This document shows positions 1 through 12,342 of a stretch of DNA of 64,000 bases, piece by piece. The notes beneath the pieces are model-generated. The model searched no databases. It saw nothing but the letters and a program-made list of their open reading frames with translations, and had not been told where the DNA came from. Position 1 is the first letter of the stretch. Each line of letters begins with the position of its first letter. The position numbers and the translations under genes were made by a program. Source of the stretch: Macrostomum lignano (taxonomy: Eukaryota); assembly GCA_002269645.1 (NCBI GenBank), contig NIVC01002033.1, positions 62,001 to 126,000 of the forward strand. The letters are read 5' to 3'.

Positions 1-1229
1 TCTCAAACTCGGAGCTCGAAAAGTCGAATCCTGAGAAGTTCTGGTCATGCCTGCCCACTGCGACTTACCCGCTGCTATCAAAGCTAGGGCGCAGTGCATG
101 CTGCATTCCGCATGGCAACGCGGACAGCGAACGGTTTTTAAAGTGGTTGGCCAACGACTTAACGAAGCAGCGGAACAAGCTTTCCGAGTTTACGCTCAAC
201 TCTCTGCTCACTATCAAGACCTGGCTGAAGGCAAATTTGGCCACTGCACATACAGTCACAATTGAACCAAGCCTAATTGCCATTGGCTTTGAAGCCCGAA
301 GTAAAGCGGCTGATCGCGCTCGATTAGAACAGCGGCAGCAGGCGATGAAGAGACTGCAGAAGAAGATGGAGGAACAGCGCGCGATTGAAGCTGCAGCGAA
401 GAAGGCTCAAGAGGAACAGCAGCAGCAGCAGGAGGATTTAGTGACGCAGCAGCAGACTGTTGACGAGATGCGAAGGAAGGCGCAAGAAATGCTGGCAGCT
501 GCATCGAAGGCGGAAGCTGCATTCCGAAAACGGCTTAAGCGACAGAGCGTGTCCAGTCAGCCTAGGGGCGGTAACAAAATTGCGCGAATCGAAGGTGCTA
601 CTGCCGCCGGACCCTCTAACAAGTGAAGTGAACATTGAAATTTTTGCTAGTTTGACTTTTATGTTAACTGAGCTGACGGAGAGTTAGAACTTAGTTTGAT
701 TTCAAAATAAAAAAATGAGTTTAAAATCGAAATCAATCGACTATAGTGACAGATGCTTTTTACAAAGCGATTCCGGAACCAATAGAAGAAAAAATGTAAC
801 TAATAATTGTTAAGAACATAATAAAGTAAGAAATTCGTACGATTTTAAAACTACCTTTAGTAAGTCAAGCCTTTCCCTAAAGTTATCAAATATCTCTAGG
901 CTTTTTCTCGTCTAGGAGCTACTCGAAAATAGTTATTCACATACTTGTGTAGGAGTATGTGTTCGAGCTATATGTACATGTATGTGTACTTGCTGTGCAA
1001 GTGTAATCCAATCCAATTGTCAGTAACTGAAATAAGTTTTTTATTATCATTTCGTTACTCAAATAAACAGGTTAATGTAGCTTTTCGGTTTCCTAAGACT
1101 TGACTTACTATTATTTATTAATCCGTGGTTGCTTTTTAATGATTACATAACTTTAAAACTAATTATTTTACGCTGCGCTAAATCTTTTCTGCTGCGCTAA
1201 TATTCTTTTATTTTCCTGTGGCAACTATG
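1..1229 (+). mobile_element. Right part of hAT element A, ending in TIR ...TGTGGCAACTATG
   Basis: TGGCAACTATG at 1219-1229 (reverse complement CATAGTTGCCA) resembles the (C/T)AG.GTTGCCA termini of hAT elements. It is preceded by two subterminal GCTGCGCTAA copies and lies downstream of the hAT ORF. Confidence 0.6.
3..626 (+). CDS. 3' end of a hAT-superfamily transposase (C-terminal dimerisation domain plus charged tail), truncated by the window edge
   Basis: Frame is open from position 3: SNSELEKSNPEKFWSCLPTATYPLLSKLGRSACCIPHGNADSERFLKWLANDLTKQRNKLSEFTLNSLLTIK. This matches the hAT dimerisation pattern FW..YP.L..L....IP..NA.SER.F....TK.RN.L...TL..LL.IK. Stop at 624-626. Confidence 0.8.
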   Translation, partial: SNSELEKSNPEKFWSCLPTATYPLLSKLGRSACCIPHGNADSERFLKWLANDLTKQRNKLSEFTLNSLLTIKTWLKANLATAHTVTIEPSLIAIGFEARSKAADRARLEQRQQAMKRLQKKMEEQRAIEAAAKKAQEEQQQQQEDLVTQQQTVDEMRRKAQEMLAAASKAEAAFRKRLKRQSVSSQPRGGNKIARIEGATAAGPSNK

Positions 1230-4200
1230 TGCAAAGCAGGAGAGATCTAGTCTAGATCTATGAACGGTATAGATAATCGGGACCAGGACTCGCAGTCCCC
1301 CCAGTCGGAGTTGGAGTCGCTTCGAGTTCGAGCTGCTGCTGCAATTCCTGTTTCTGCAAAAACATGTGATTCAGCTTCATCAGCAGCACCACTATTGGAT
1401 GATGATGAAGTGCAATCGGCGTCGGCCTTGGCCTCACTTCCTGTTCCTGCTCCAACACGTGATTTTGTGCCACTTGTGCCTGAATGCCTATGTGACCCTG
1501 ACCCAGATCGAGGACCAGCACGAGTTGGTCCACCACCAAAGAAGTGTCAGCGGCTCCTAACATCCTTTTTTGGCCACAATTCACCTGGACCCATCAGTGC
1601 GTCTGCTGACCCCGTGGCCGCTACTGCAGCTGCAGCTGCTAAATCAGGTTTAAATCATGATCCTGCTAGAGCTGGTCTGAACGAGTCTGCTCTGGATGGC
1701 GCAGATGCCAGGCCAAGTTCAAAGCCTATGCCAGCGGATTCATCAGTAGAATCAACAAGTGCTCCAGCTCTTTCAAAGTAAGCAATCAGAAATTGGCATA
1801 TTTTACTTCAGGACTGCTGTACAAAACAAACGTAGAAATGTTACAATGTATTGCAGAATTTGCTTTCGCAGATGACAATGTCAATGCATGACATCGACAC
1901 GATACATTAACTAATTCAAGGTATTTACCCAATCAGCTTAACTGTTTTCCTCTTTATTCAGGCTTGACATTGGACTCTTCTCTAACCCTGCTGATTCAGC
2001 CACGAAACTGCAATTTCTCACCAATTCTTGGACGCCTCCTCCAACCTACCAAATGCCATACGAGGAGCGAATGTCCAAGGGTGAAGTTGAGAAACGTTAC
2101 TTGCGGCTTGACCATCTACAGAGAACTCCATGGCTGACATTCTCTCATGCAAGGAATGGACTTTTCTGCCGCATTTGCGTCATCTTCGGCTTACATGAGA
2201 GCTCTAATTTCAAGGTAAGCAAGTGAGACTTGAGAGAGGAGGGGAGGCCAGGGTGACAGAGTCCAACGGACTGGGTGGGACCGTGGGGTTGAGCATTCAC
2301 TTTGATTGTAAAAATCAGTATCCCTCTAGCCTCTATGATTGATTAGATTGGGTTGGGTTATTACATTGTATTATCTGTTCTGCAATCTGCTTCGTGGACA
2401 CGTTATTCAATGAGTTCAAGTTCAATTTTATCCAACTTAAAATCCGCTTTTGTCTTTTTGTGGTTATGTCTTTTAGTTACATAAGCAACAGCAGCAAGCT
2501 CTACCATTAATCCCGATTCAGATGCTTTTGGGAAATGTATATGATTTCAATATGTTTTACATTTCTTCAGGGCCAAGCACTTGGAAAGCTTGTCAATGAG
2601 CCGTTGCGGCAGTACTCCCGACTCTATGGTGTTGATGGCTATGTCACGGCGCATGAAAAAACGCAATATCACAAGAAGAATAGTCTCATGGCCAGCGAGT
2701 TTAAGCGATTGCTGCCAGAAGATCACATTGATGCTCAGCTGGCTCTGCAAAAGGCTGATACTCTAAGCAAGATAAGGAAGGTTCTAATCTCCATTATTCG
2801 TGGTAAGTTTAAGTAACATTTAATTTAATTTACTTTCTCAGAACAAACTAGTGAACTTTAGAGACATGGGATTCATTCATCCACTCATAAATTATAAATA
2901 TAAATCCTATTTCAGCAATTCTGGTGTGTGGAAAAAGTGGACTCGCTCTTTGTGGCCATCGTGACAGCGGTCAAATTTTGGAACCCCAGGATCACAATGA
3001 TGGTGTGTTTCGTGAGCTGCTGCGTTCATTTGTCGATGCCGGTGACAAAAACCTGGAAGACCATCTACGCCATGGGCCTGCGAATGCCAAGTACACGAGC
3101 TGGCTGATTCAAAATAGCTTAATTGAGTGTCTAGGTGAAGTCATCCTTGATCAGCTTCGAATGCGAATAAGCAAATCAAAGTTTCTGTCGATACTTGCTG
3201 ACGAGACAACTGACTCTTCCCGACAGGAGCAGATGACGATTTGCATCCGCTACATTAACGAAGGAGCAATATATGAGGATTTTTTAGTATTCTCTTATGC
3301 AGAAGATCTGAGTGGCGAGAGACTCGGCAACCAGATTCTGAGTGAGATGGCGCGTCTACAGATTGATCTGGAATGTAAGCTAGTTGGGCTTGGCTTCGAT
3401 GGTGCGAGTGCGATGAGCGGAAAATTCCGAGGTGCCCAGGCCGTAATACGGCAGAAGTACCCATCCGCAATCTATATCCACTGTGCTGCACACTGCCTCA
3501 ACCTTGTAATCTCAAAAAGCAGTGAAGTTGCCTTAATTCGCAATACCTGGGGTATTGTCCGTGAAGTTGGAACATTTTTTAATTCGTCAGCTCAGCGCGT
3601 TAAGTTGCTGGAGGACGCCGTCATCAAGGCTGCCGCTTCCGCTGAAGATGCTGCTGCCGCTTCGTCTCGAATCAAGCGTGTGAAAGTGCTTTGTGACACA
3701 CGCTGGGTTGAGCGGCATGATGCTCTCCTGAATCTGTCAAAGCTACTACCATCCATATTTTTGTCACTTGAAGAGCTCCAATCTCGTCGAGAGAGTGCAG
3801 AAGCTTCACAGAAAGCAAAGATGCTACTCTGTGCCATGGATGGAGAGTTTATTGTATCACTCTGCATTCTTAAGTCGACGCTAACAGTCACCAAAGGGCT
3901 CTCGGAAGCATTGCAACGAACCGCCATCGATTTGTTGAGTGCTAAAAGCTTGATTGCCACTGTTGTGGGTGAAATCCAGCAATGGCGCTCAACTGATGAC
4001 CACTTTGATCAGCTTTGGAGCGAAATTGAGTCAATAGCAGCGCAATTGGAGATCAGCATCGAGCCTCCGAGACGCTCAGGTAGACAGCGTCATCGTGCCA
4101 ACGCTCCAGCATCAACTGCAAAGGACTACTGGCGATTAAACGCTTATTATCCATTCCTGGATTCTACGCTAGCTAATTTTGACGATTGATTCAAAAGTCT

Positions 4201-5164
4201 AAAATCAATTGCTTCTGGACTCTCAGCCATTTTGCCTAACAATTGCGTGCGCTGTGAGTTTTCAGACGTGGCTAGTGCCGCAGTCCACTTCGCTAACTAC
4301 CTACCAACTGACGAGATGGACTTAATAGAAGCGGAATTCAAGCTGTGGCAACGGCTGTGGAAGAACGACGAACCTAAAAATCGCCCGCGCCCGTCAACTA
4401 TTACTGAGTTGTTGAAAGTTTGCGATAGTGACTGCTTTCCGAATATGCATGCACTGCTCATGATCTATGCAACTTTACCAGTATCAACAGCCACTGGAGA
4501 GCGCTCGTTTTCGACACTGAAGTTTGTCAAAAATTACCTGCGCAGCACTATGGGTGAAGAGCAACTAAATGGCCTGGCACTTATGTTCATCCACCGAGAG
4601 CTGCTATCCAACACTTCTGAAGTGAGCAATGCTGCAGTGACTAAGTTCTTGCAGATGGATCAGCACCGACGGGCAGCATTTTGATTTTGATTTGCCTTAA
4701 TGAAGCAGAAGCAATGAATGTAAACTGGTAACTGACAGCGAATCAAATTTTATGTTTTCTTTCTAACTAGCAATTGTATGCCCCTCTCTGGGATGCGGGA
4801 CATAGAGCACAGTATCTGAAAAAATAAATAATCATCCCCCTGTTGACAACTATAACAAGTATTTTTTGCTTTGCACAGTTGCAATTGTTAAATAGAAGTA
4901 ACCAATTTGAAGTTGCGCTTTTTCCACTTGTTTAAATAAATTAACACATTGATTAAATTACTAGCAATGTTTCATTCATCACCCTTGATTTCCTGACCAG
5001 ACCATTTGGCATTTTGTGTTTGTTTATAATTGGTCACAATTCACAAACTTCAAGAGACTGTTCTGTTCATAGTGTATCCATAATCCAATAGTCAACAGAT
5101 GCACTCGTAGAAGCTGCTGGTCTGCTCCGCCCCCCCCCTTAAGAAAATCCTGGTTGCGCCACTG
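1230..5164 (+). mobile_element. hAT element B (visible part), right TIR at about 5144-5164
   Basis: AAAATCCTGGTTGCGCCACTG at about 5144-5164 (reverse complement CAGTGGCGCAACCAGGATTTT) follows a subterminal poly-C. No matching left TIR is visible between 626 and 1260. Confidence 0.7.
1260..4684 (+). pseudogene. hAT transposase of the ZMYM1/THAP12(P52rIPK)-like group, 4 exons, with one premature stop
   Basis: Exons 1260-1777, 1962-2214, 2571-2802 and 2916-4684, all GT-AG and phase-consistent (2772 nt, 924 codons). TTF-type Zn finger (FCRIC...HEKTQYH), LALCGHRD, ADETTD, FDGASAMSG, HCAAHCLN, TRW and ERSFS motifs. In-frame TGA at 4187-4189; ORFs 2924-4189 and 4232-4684 share a frame. Confidence 0.9.
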
Positions 5165-6508
5165 TTTGTGACTATTAAATGTCAAAGTCCAATAGAAAAT
5201 CCTAGATGTAAGTAAACCACTATAAAAAAATAGTTGAATAGTTTTAAACAATTGAGTTGAGTTTAACAACATTAATATTGTTAAGCATTCAATACTGAAT
5301 GTATCATACCTAGGCCTACAGTAAAGCAGTAACTCATATTATAGCATCCCTAGAATAAAGTGTCATAGAAAATTTTATAGAAGATGCTACCAAGCATTAG
5401 CAATGGCCTTGCTAGCATAGCTACAAAAAATTTTGTAAAGGATCTCTAAATTCTATGCTAAATTTTGCTATCTAGTATCTGCACTATAAAAAATATAATC
5501 TATTTGATTGATTTCATGTCTTAGGACCAAAATGGCCAAGTTGTAGAATGCAAGGCTGCAGCAATTCCATAATCCATAGTCATACTGGTCTCTACTGGTA
5601 TATATGCACAGTAAATTAGTAGGTACATAATCTCCTCTCTTAATCCATTAGTTAGGGCCTACACAATCCCCCCTAGTCTATTGGGGCATAATTCCCACAC
5701 ATCTTCTAGTTCATTGTGTTCGCATCAGCATGCATTTGTAAATTTGGTTTGGGGCATTCTGACATGCACTCAGCATGCTATCTGGACTATGGCAACAAGT
5801 AGCATCAATTGTGCATTTGTGGTTGAGGTAGGTCATAAGAGAGAAGTCACCTCTAAAATTCACTCTCCCTGGCCTTAGCTTTAGCCATGCTGCAGCACAA
5901 GTTACGTCACTTGCAGTTGAGGTGAGAGAGAAGTCGCCTCCTTTGGTAGGTTGACAGTTTTGACAGTGTCTGAGTGTGTTGTGTGGATAGATAGTGAGCT
6001 GCAAAAAAATTAAACAATTAACATACCATCAAAATCCCCAGTATCAGCAACAATAATCGTGTATTTTTTAAGTTCTTCCAGAGCCATCACAGCTAGAAAA
6101 TAATTTTTTCAATAAATATTAAATCAAGATGGACAAATTTCTATTTCAAGAAGTCGCAGACGAAAGTCACAAAATGGTGTCAACTGTCAAGTGTGTCAAG
6201 TGAGGCGAACGGTTTTGCGACATGGAAGTTTTCGAAGAAAACAAGGAGCTTAAAAATGGTTTGAAGAATAAACCTTGAAAATAACAATAAAATATACTTA
6301 GTAAAAAGTAAGTATTTTTACAAAGGTAGAGCAATGTTAACTCATAAATTATCAAGTAATAAGAAACTTTGTTATAAAATTAACTTTAAAATTATAATTC
6401 AGTATTTTTCTGAGAAATCGCGATTCTAACATTTCAAAAGGATAACTAACAGTCTGGACTTTTATGGTCAAGATATAAGGATTTTTGCCTCATAACAAAG
6501 CGAACAAA

Positions 6509-9500
6509 ATGTTTTCTGAATCCATGTTTAGTGTGGATGCAGGCTACCTGGAAGGTCTCGCAAGAGGATTTAAAGGCGGAATTCTAAAAAAAACTGACTA
6601 CTACAACTTGACTCAGTGTGAAACACTAGAAGGTGAGTTTGCTTTTTATAATATATATACAAAATGCCTTTAATTTAATAGTCAACAGTTAAGCGTAAGT
6701 ATTTTAAATAACTAGCTTTTCACTATATGCATTAGACTTTAAACTTTGAATAAGTAATAGGTCTAGGTAGGCTAGGCATATGGCTAGGCAAAGGAAGTAT
6801 TAATGGCTATCCTGTAGGCTCAGCCCAGTCTTCCAATCCAGCCTGCACTGGACAAAGTTTGCTGACAGCTGACCCCTGGTATAGATGTATAATATAATTT
6901 AAAGAATATATAAACCACACTCTAGCCATAGTCTAGTCTGTCCAGATCATGCTGGGTGCACACCTGAACAAAAATTGAATAGGCCCCTAATTACAAATGC
7001 ATACCAAAAAAATGTAATGCATGCCTATTCTTAAAAATATGCCAGTGTTGCAACAACAAATGACCTTTTTTACATTGTGACAATAAAAGGTCCCTGGACA
7101 TTTCAGTGACAAGATGTTTCAGTGACAGCCTTTTCGCTGACAAGTTAGGACATTTTGGTGACAAATTTAGACAATTTGGTGACATGTTTTAAAAATGAAA
7201 GTTAATTTTGTCTGTAAGATAATAAACTCATGAACAAGACTTAATACTCAGAACTTGTCATATTTTATTGTTTTGTGTTTATTTTGTAACTGACTTTGTT
7301 ATATCTCTACACTTAAATAAAGGGTCATCTGCATTTCTAGATAAGTCAGTCGGCCGATGCGACACATCAAGTCGCTTATTTTACACACTATAGCAACATC
7401 ATTTTTGCAACACTATCTGGATATATACCTGTGTTCAAGGCAATTCGTGTAAAAAATGTATATGTAGCATATTTTCATGCGTTGCCTGATTGATCTACTG
7501 TATTGATACAAACAAAAGTTGTGGTTGTAGTTTATTACTCTACTATCAGGGCTATGGAGAGGGGGCCGGGACATTCCATATTGCTTTATCCTCCTAAACC
7601 CCGACCCCACTTTAATTTGTTGACCTGTTATATGGAAATCAATAATTTTTGCATGTTTTACGGCGGCAAAAAATAGCGCCTGCGGCACCAAAATTGTGCC
7701 TGTGGCACTAAAATAAGTGCAGCTACTGCGCTAAAATAAGTGCAGATGCAGCATTAAAATAAGTGCAGATGCAGCACTAAAATAAGTGCAGAGCTTTTCG
7801 TTGCATTTTGGGCAGTAATCGTCCATGAAATAACTATTTTGACTGATTAAAGGTTAGATCCAGCAGAGCTGTGAATATGCATGCGTCTAGAATTCAAAGA
7901 ACTATCGCTCAAGTTTTGTAGAAGTTATATAGTCGATTAGCGCCTCAGATACCAAGTCTTTAAATTCATGCCCATTCATTATTTCATACGCAATCCGTTG
8001 TTCTACTTTGCTAACCCTAGTGTCGTGGCAAAAACAAACATAATATCACCATACAAGCAATGCTTCTCTGCTAGTAATGATTTTGCTTTAGCACGGTAGC
8101 AATTATAATGCGCAACCAAATCATTGGTGCTTGCCATTCCAGAATTAGCATTGTTAGTAATTAAATACATGTAGATATCAAAATTCGATTCACTAAGCAC
8201 AATTGGTTCACTTAACGAGCTTTACTGTTTTGTAACATTTGAACTATCAAAGGTGCTAATATAGATCAACCAATGAAGAAAGATTAAATACTGGAATTGC
8301 CTATTTACGTAGCATAGCAAAATGTTTAAAGTAAGTTCTAAAAAGTAAACTATGCAATTTAATAACTAGCTGTGGCCTCATGTCCTTTCCCTTGTTTTTC
8401 CTTTGACTTTCCTGGTCAATATGGTCAGCAATCACACAGCCAATTATCGGTCTACCAGTCTACCATGCCAACAATTCTAAATGTAGATTGTACATGACTA
8501 AATTTATCATGACTAAATGTCCATCGTGGCGCTAAATCATAGCAATCGTGGCGCTGTTAATCGCCGCGCCAAATCATAGCAATCGTGGCGCTGTTAATCG
8601 CGGCGCCAAATGTCCATTGTGGTGCTAAATCATAGCAATCGTGGCGCTGTTAATCGTGGCGCCAAATGCCCATGGTGGCGCCAAATCATAGCAATCGTGG
8701 CGCTGTTAATCGCCGCGCCAAATGTCCATCGTGGTGCCAAATCATAGCAATCGTGGCGCTGTTAATCGTGGCGCCAAATCATAGCAATCGTGGCGCTGTT
8801 AATCGCGGCGCCAAATCATAGCAATCATGGTGCTGTTAATTGCCGCGCCAAATGTCCATTTAACTTTTATAACAAAACAAAGTCATAGTTACTCTTACCA
8901 TTTATCCAAAATTACATTAATTTTTCTTTAGAGTTTCTTTTATAGGTAAGTTGCATGGCTAGATAATTGCTATGCAATCAAGGCTATGCATGCATAAATA
9001 ATAAGTTATTAATATAAGGCCTAGTTATTAATGTAGCACAATGTAAAGAAACAAAAGATAAGAAAGTTTGATATAAATTTTGATTTTTGCTTTATATTCT
9101 ATCATGTATTCAACACAATTTCTACTACAGAGATTGCTTGATCCTTTTGATTAAATTTCAGTGCCTATTTTTTAAGCATGTTAACTTTTCCATACATAAT
9201 GAATTCTATTACCATGTAATGTAAGTCATTAGATTTTGTATTTCTTGTCTAATTTATACTTTTTATTTAACCACCCCATAGACCTGAAGCTCCACCTGCA
9301 GTCCACCGACTATGGCCACTTCTTGGCCAACGAGGCGGGCCCACTCACCGTCAGTGTGATTGAAGAGCGCCTGAAAGAGAAACTCATCATTGAGTTTAAC
9401 CATTTGCGCACCCAGGCCACTGGCTACCTGGCCGAGTTCATGGACTACATCACCTATAGCTACATGATTGACAATGTGGTGCTGCTGCTGTCTGGCATAC

Positions 9501-11314
9501 TGCACGACAGGCCTATTAAAGAGATGCTGGCCAAGTGCCATCCTATGGGCACTTTTGAGCAGATGGAGGCGATTCACATTGCTACTACAACTAGGGAGCT
9601 GTACGATGCAGTGCTGGTGAGTTTAGTGGAATGTTGAGATTGATGCGAGGGTCACTATGAGATTGATATGAGAACGATAATGAGATTGATATGAGAGTGA
9701 TGATTGGATTGATGTGAGAGTGATATGCGTGTGACTATGAGATTGATGTGAAAGTGACTATGAGATTGATATGAGAGTGATGAGATTGATATGAGAGTGA
9801 CTACATTTATGAGATTGATGTGAGAGTGACTTTAAGATTGTTGTGAGATTGACTATGAGATTGATATGAGAGTGATTACTGATGAGATTGATATGAGAGT
9901 GATTACTGATAAGATTGATATGAGAGTGACTACATGTATGAGATTAATGTGAGAGTAACTATGAGATTGATGTGAGAGTTACTATGAGATTGATATGAGA
10001 GTGACTATGATAGTGATGAGATTAATGTGAGAGTGATGAGATTGATGTGAGAGTGATGAGATTGATGTGAGAGTGATGAGATTGATGTGAGAGTGACTAT
10101 GAGAGTGATGAGATTGATGTGAGAGTGACTATGAGATGCTTATCCCAACGCCTCACCGCACTCCAGGTGGACACTCCGCTCGCCCCGTACTTCGCCGACT
10201 GCATCAACGAGGAGGACCTGAATGAGATGAACATCGAGATCATCAGGAACACTCTCTACAAGGCCTACCTGGAAGACTTCAGCGCATTCTGCCAGCAGAT
10301 CGGCGGCACCACGGCTGAGGTCATGCAGGAGGTTCTGGCATTCGAGGCCGATCGCCGAGCCTTCATGATCACCATCAACTCCTTTGGCACCGAGCTGCTC
10401 AAGGAGGACAGGAAGAAGCTGTACCCCGCCTGCGGCAGACTGTACCCTGGCGGTCTGGAGATGCTGGCCCAAGCTGAAGAAGTTGAGCAGGTCAAACTGG
10501 TGGCCGATTATTTCGCTGTGAGTTGCTTTCTAACTGTAATTCTTCATTTTCAAAGTGCACTTTTACTAATTAGATGACGAGGTAAACATTGCAAAAAATG
10601 CTATCATAGTTGCTCTCGCTGTTTACCTGAAAAGAAATATTCGCAGGTAGGTTGCAGGCTCTCTAGCGCAACGCCTTCAGCGACATCGGTCCCAAAACCA
10701 CTGCTGACAAATTCTGACGCACAAAAAGTCGCGCCAATACTGTTCGAGGTCAAACTCACCCTAATTAAATGTTACCGGTCCTCCTAGCTACTGGCCTCAA
10801 TTATAGGGGGTGTTAGAGTAGTGTTCAGGTCAGAGCGTCGGACTCACGACTTTAGAAGGTCGGAGGTTCAATTCTCAACCCACTCGGAACAACTTGTGTG
10901 CAATGAGCAAGACACTTAACTCTCTGCATTGCTTCAGTTCACCCAGCTGTAAAATTTGAGGGTGTGTGTGGCGATGTTGCTGCGGCTGAGCTGTCGGTTG
11001 CACATCTGCCCATTGGGGCAGGTGTAATCAAGTATTATTATTTCTGACTGTCACACCCCAATCCGGCACCTCAGGAGTACCGAGTCATGTTCGAAGACGA
11101 CGGCACCGGCATGGACAAAACTTTAGAGGACAAATTCTTTGAGCACGAAGTTCGACTGAACGTCCGCGCATTCATGCAGCAGTTCCACTACGGCGTGTTC
11201 TACTCGCTGGTGAAGCTGAAGGAGCAGGAGATTCGCAACATCATCTGGATTGCCGAGTGCGTCAGCCAGCGGCACCGAGCCAAGATTGAAGCCTACATCC
11301 CGATTCTGGAGTGA
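6509..11314 (+). CDS. ATP6V0D1: V-type proton ATPase V0 subunit d
   Basis: Exons 6509-6632, 9282-9616, 10167-10517 and 11075-11314, GT-AG and phase-consistent. Translation ([16 protein letters not shown]...QCETLE|[12 protein letters not shown]...VDTPLAPYF...FEADRRAF...[16 protein letters not shown]...IPILE) is clearly V0 subunit d. Confidence 0.97.
8515..8859. repeat. GC-rich minisatellite (about 37-bp and 19-bp subunits) in intron 1 of the V-ATPase d gene
   Basis: Repeating ATCGTGGCGCTGTTAATCGCCGCGCCAAATCATAGCA / AATGTCC units. Confidence 0.9.
9635..10137. repeat. Degenerate minisatellite filling intron 2 of the V-ATPase d gene
   Basis: Repeating GAGATTGAT(A/G)TGAGAGTGA(CTAT) units. Confidence 0.9.
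10806..11042 (+). mobile_element. tRNA-derived SINE (copy 1)
   Basis: tRNA-like head (GGACTCACGACTT...GGTTCAATTC), body GAGCAAGACACTTAACTCT...TTCACCCAGCTGTAAAAT and tail CTGTCGGTTGCACATCTGCCCATT.GGGCAGGTGTAATCAA.TATTATTA, shared with the inverted copy at 39297-39564. Confidence 0.85.
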
Positions 11315-12342
11315 GCTGGGATGCTGGGGGAGATGGAGAGACCCAGATTGACTCGCAACTCGCACTGTCTTACTATTGTCTCTACTATACTGTTTTTCGT
11401 TGTCACGCAAGGCATAATAATTATAAAAAATGTTACTATTATTATATCAGCATTAGTTTAGTTAAGTGATTAATTCTGCTATTCACATTGCTATTGACAT
11501 ATATACCGCTATGACTACTTTAGTTTCTGACGTAGTAGTAGTAATAGTAGTATATATTGAAAATCTATGTTGGTCTATTTTTTCACAATTTGTGTCGGTT
11601 TATTGTTTCTAAGCATATAGATTTATATATACAGAATATAGCTCATGGCTGCTGGCAGAGAATAGAGAAAGGGAGAGAAGAGAGGAAAGGAGAGAAGAGA
11701 AGAGACAAACCTTGAGTGGGCCCGGATTGCTACTGTAAGTTTCAAAGGACCCGAGGGCTTCGTCGACCCCAGATTTATATACTTAATTTTGATCGTCATA
11801 AAATATTGAAATAATTTTCCCAAAAATTTTGTATTTTTCCTGTATATCATTATAGCACTACTGCTTGTCAGGAATCAGTAGCATAGCAATAATATTTCTG
11901 TCACTATATATCGTTTCTCGTGTGTTATAAGTGAAATATTACTGTCTTAATTAGGTGGTGAATTAAGTATTTTCCTTTATTGTGCTGAGAATTTTGATTC
12001 ATTAAAATCGTATAATTTGTTGGGTTTATAATTGACATTTGTGATCCATGAAAATTTTCTTTATTCCGAGGCTATATTTGAATTCCTTTTTTGAACTGTA
12101 GTAGGTTTAAGTGTTGTGTAGCCTTTGTTTTAATGCGCTGAATAATTTATTGAGCGTATATATTTGAATTTTATTATACTGTTTGTTCATCTTTGGACCT
12201 CCATCCATCGCTGTTCCCATTCTGCAATGTTTAAATTGGAATCGCTATGCTATGAGTAATTAAAAATTCTCAAGTGATCAAAGCGTTAAAACAGCTTGAT
12301 ACTGTTTGCATGTCTTTATTATTTTGATCTTTTAGTATTTAT

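Noticed and set aside
5711-6004. 97-aa Cys-containing minus-strand ORF after a TTTTTTGCAG acceptor, divergent from V-ATPase d
   Set aside because: No recognisable domain and no convincing upstream coding exon; could be non-coding. Not supportable.
7043-7415. Possible hAT MITE (CAGTGTTGCAA...TTGCAACACTA with GTGACAA repeats)
   Set aside because: No matching TSD and only an 11-bp imperfect TIR.
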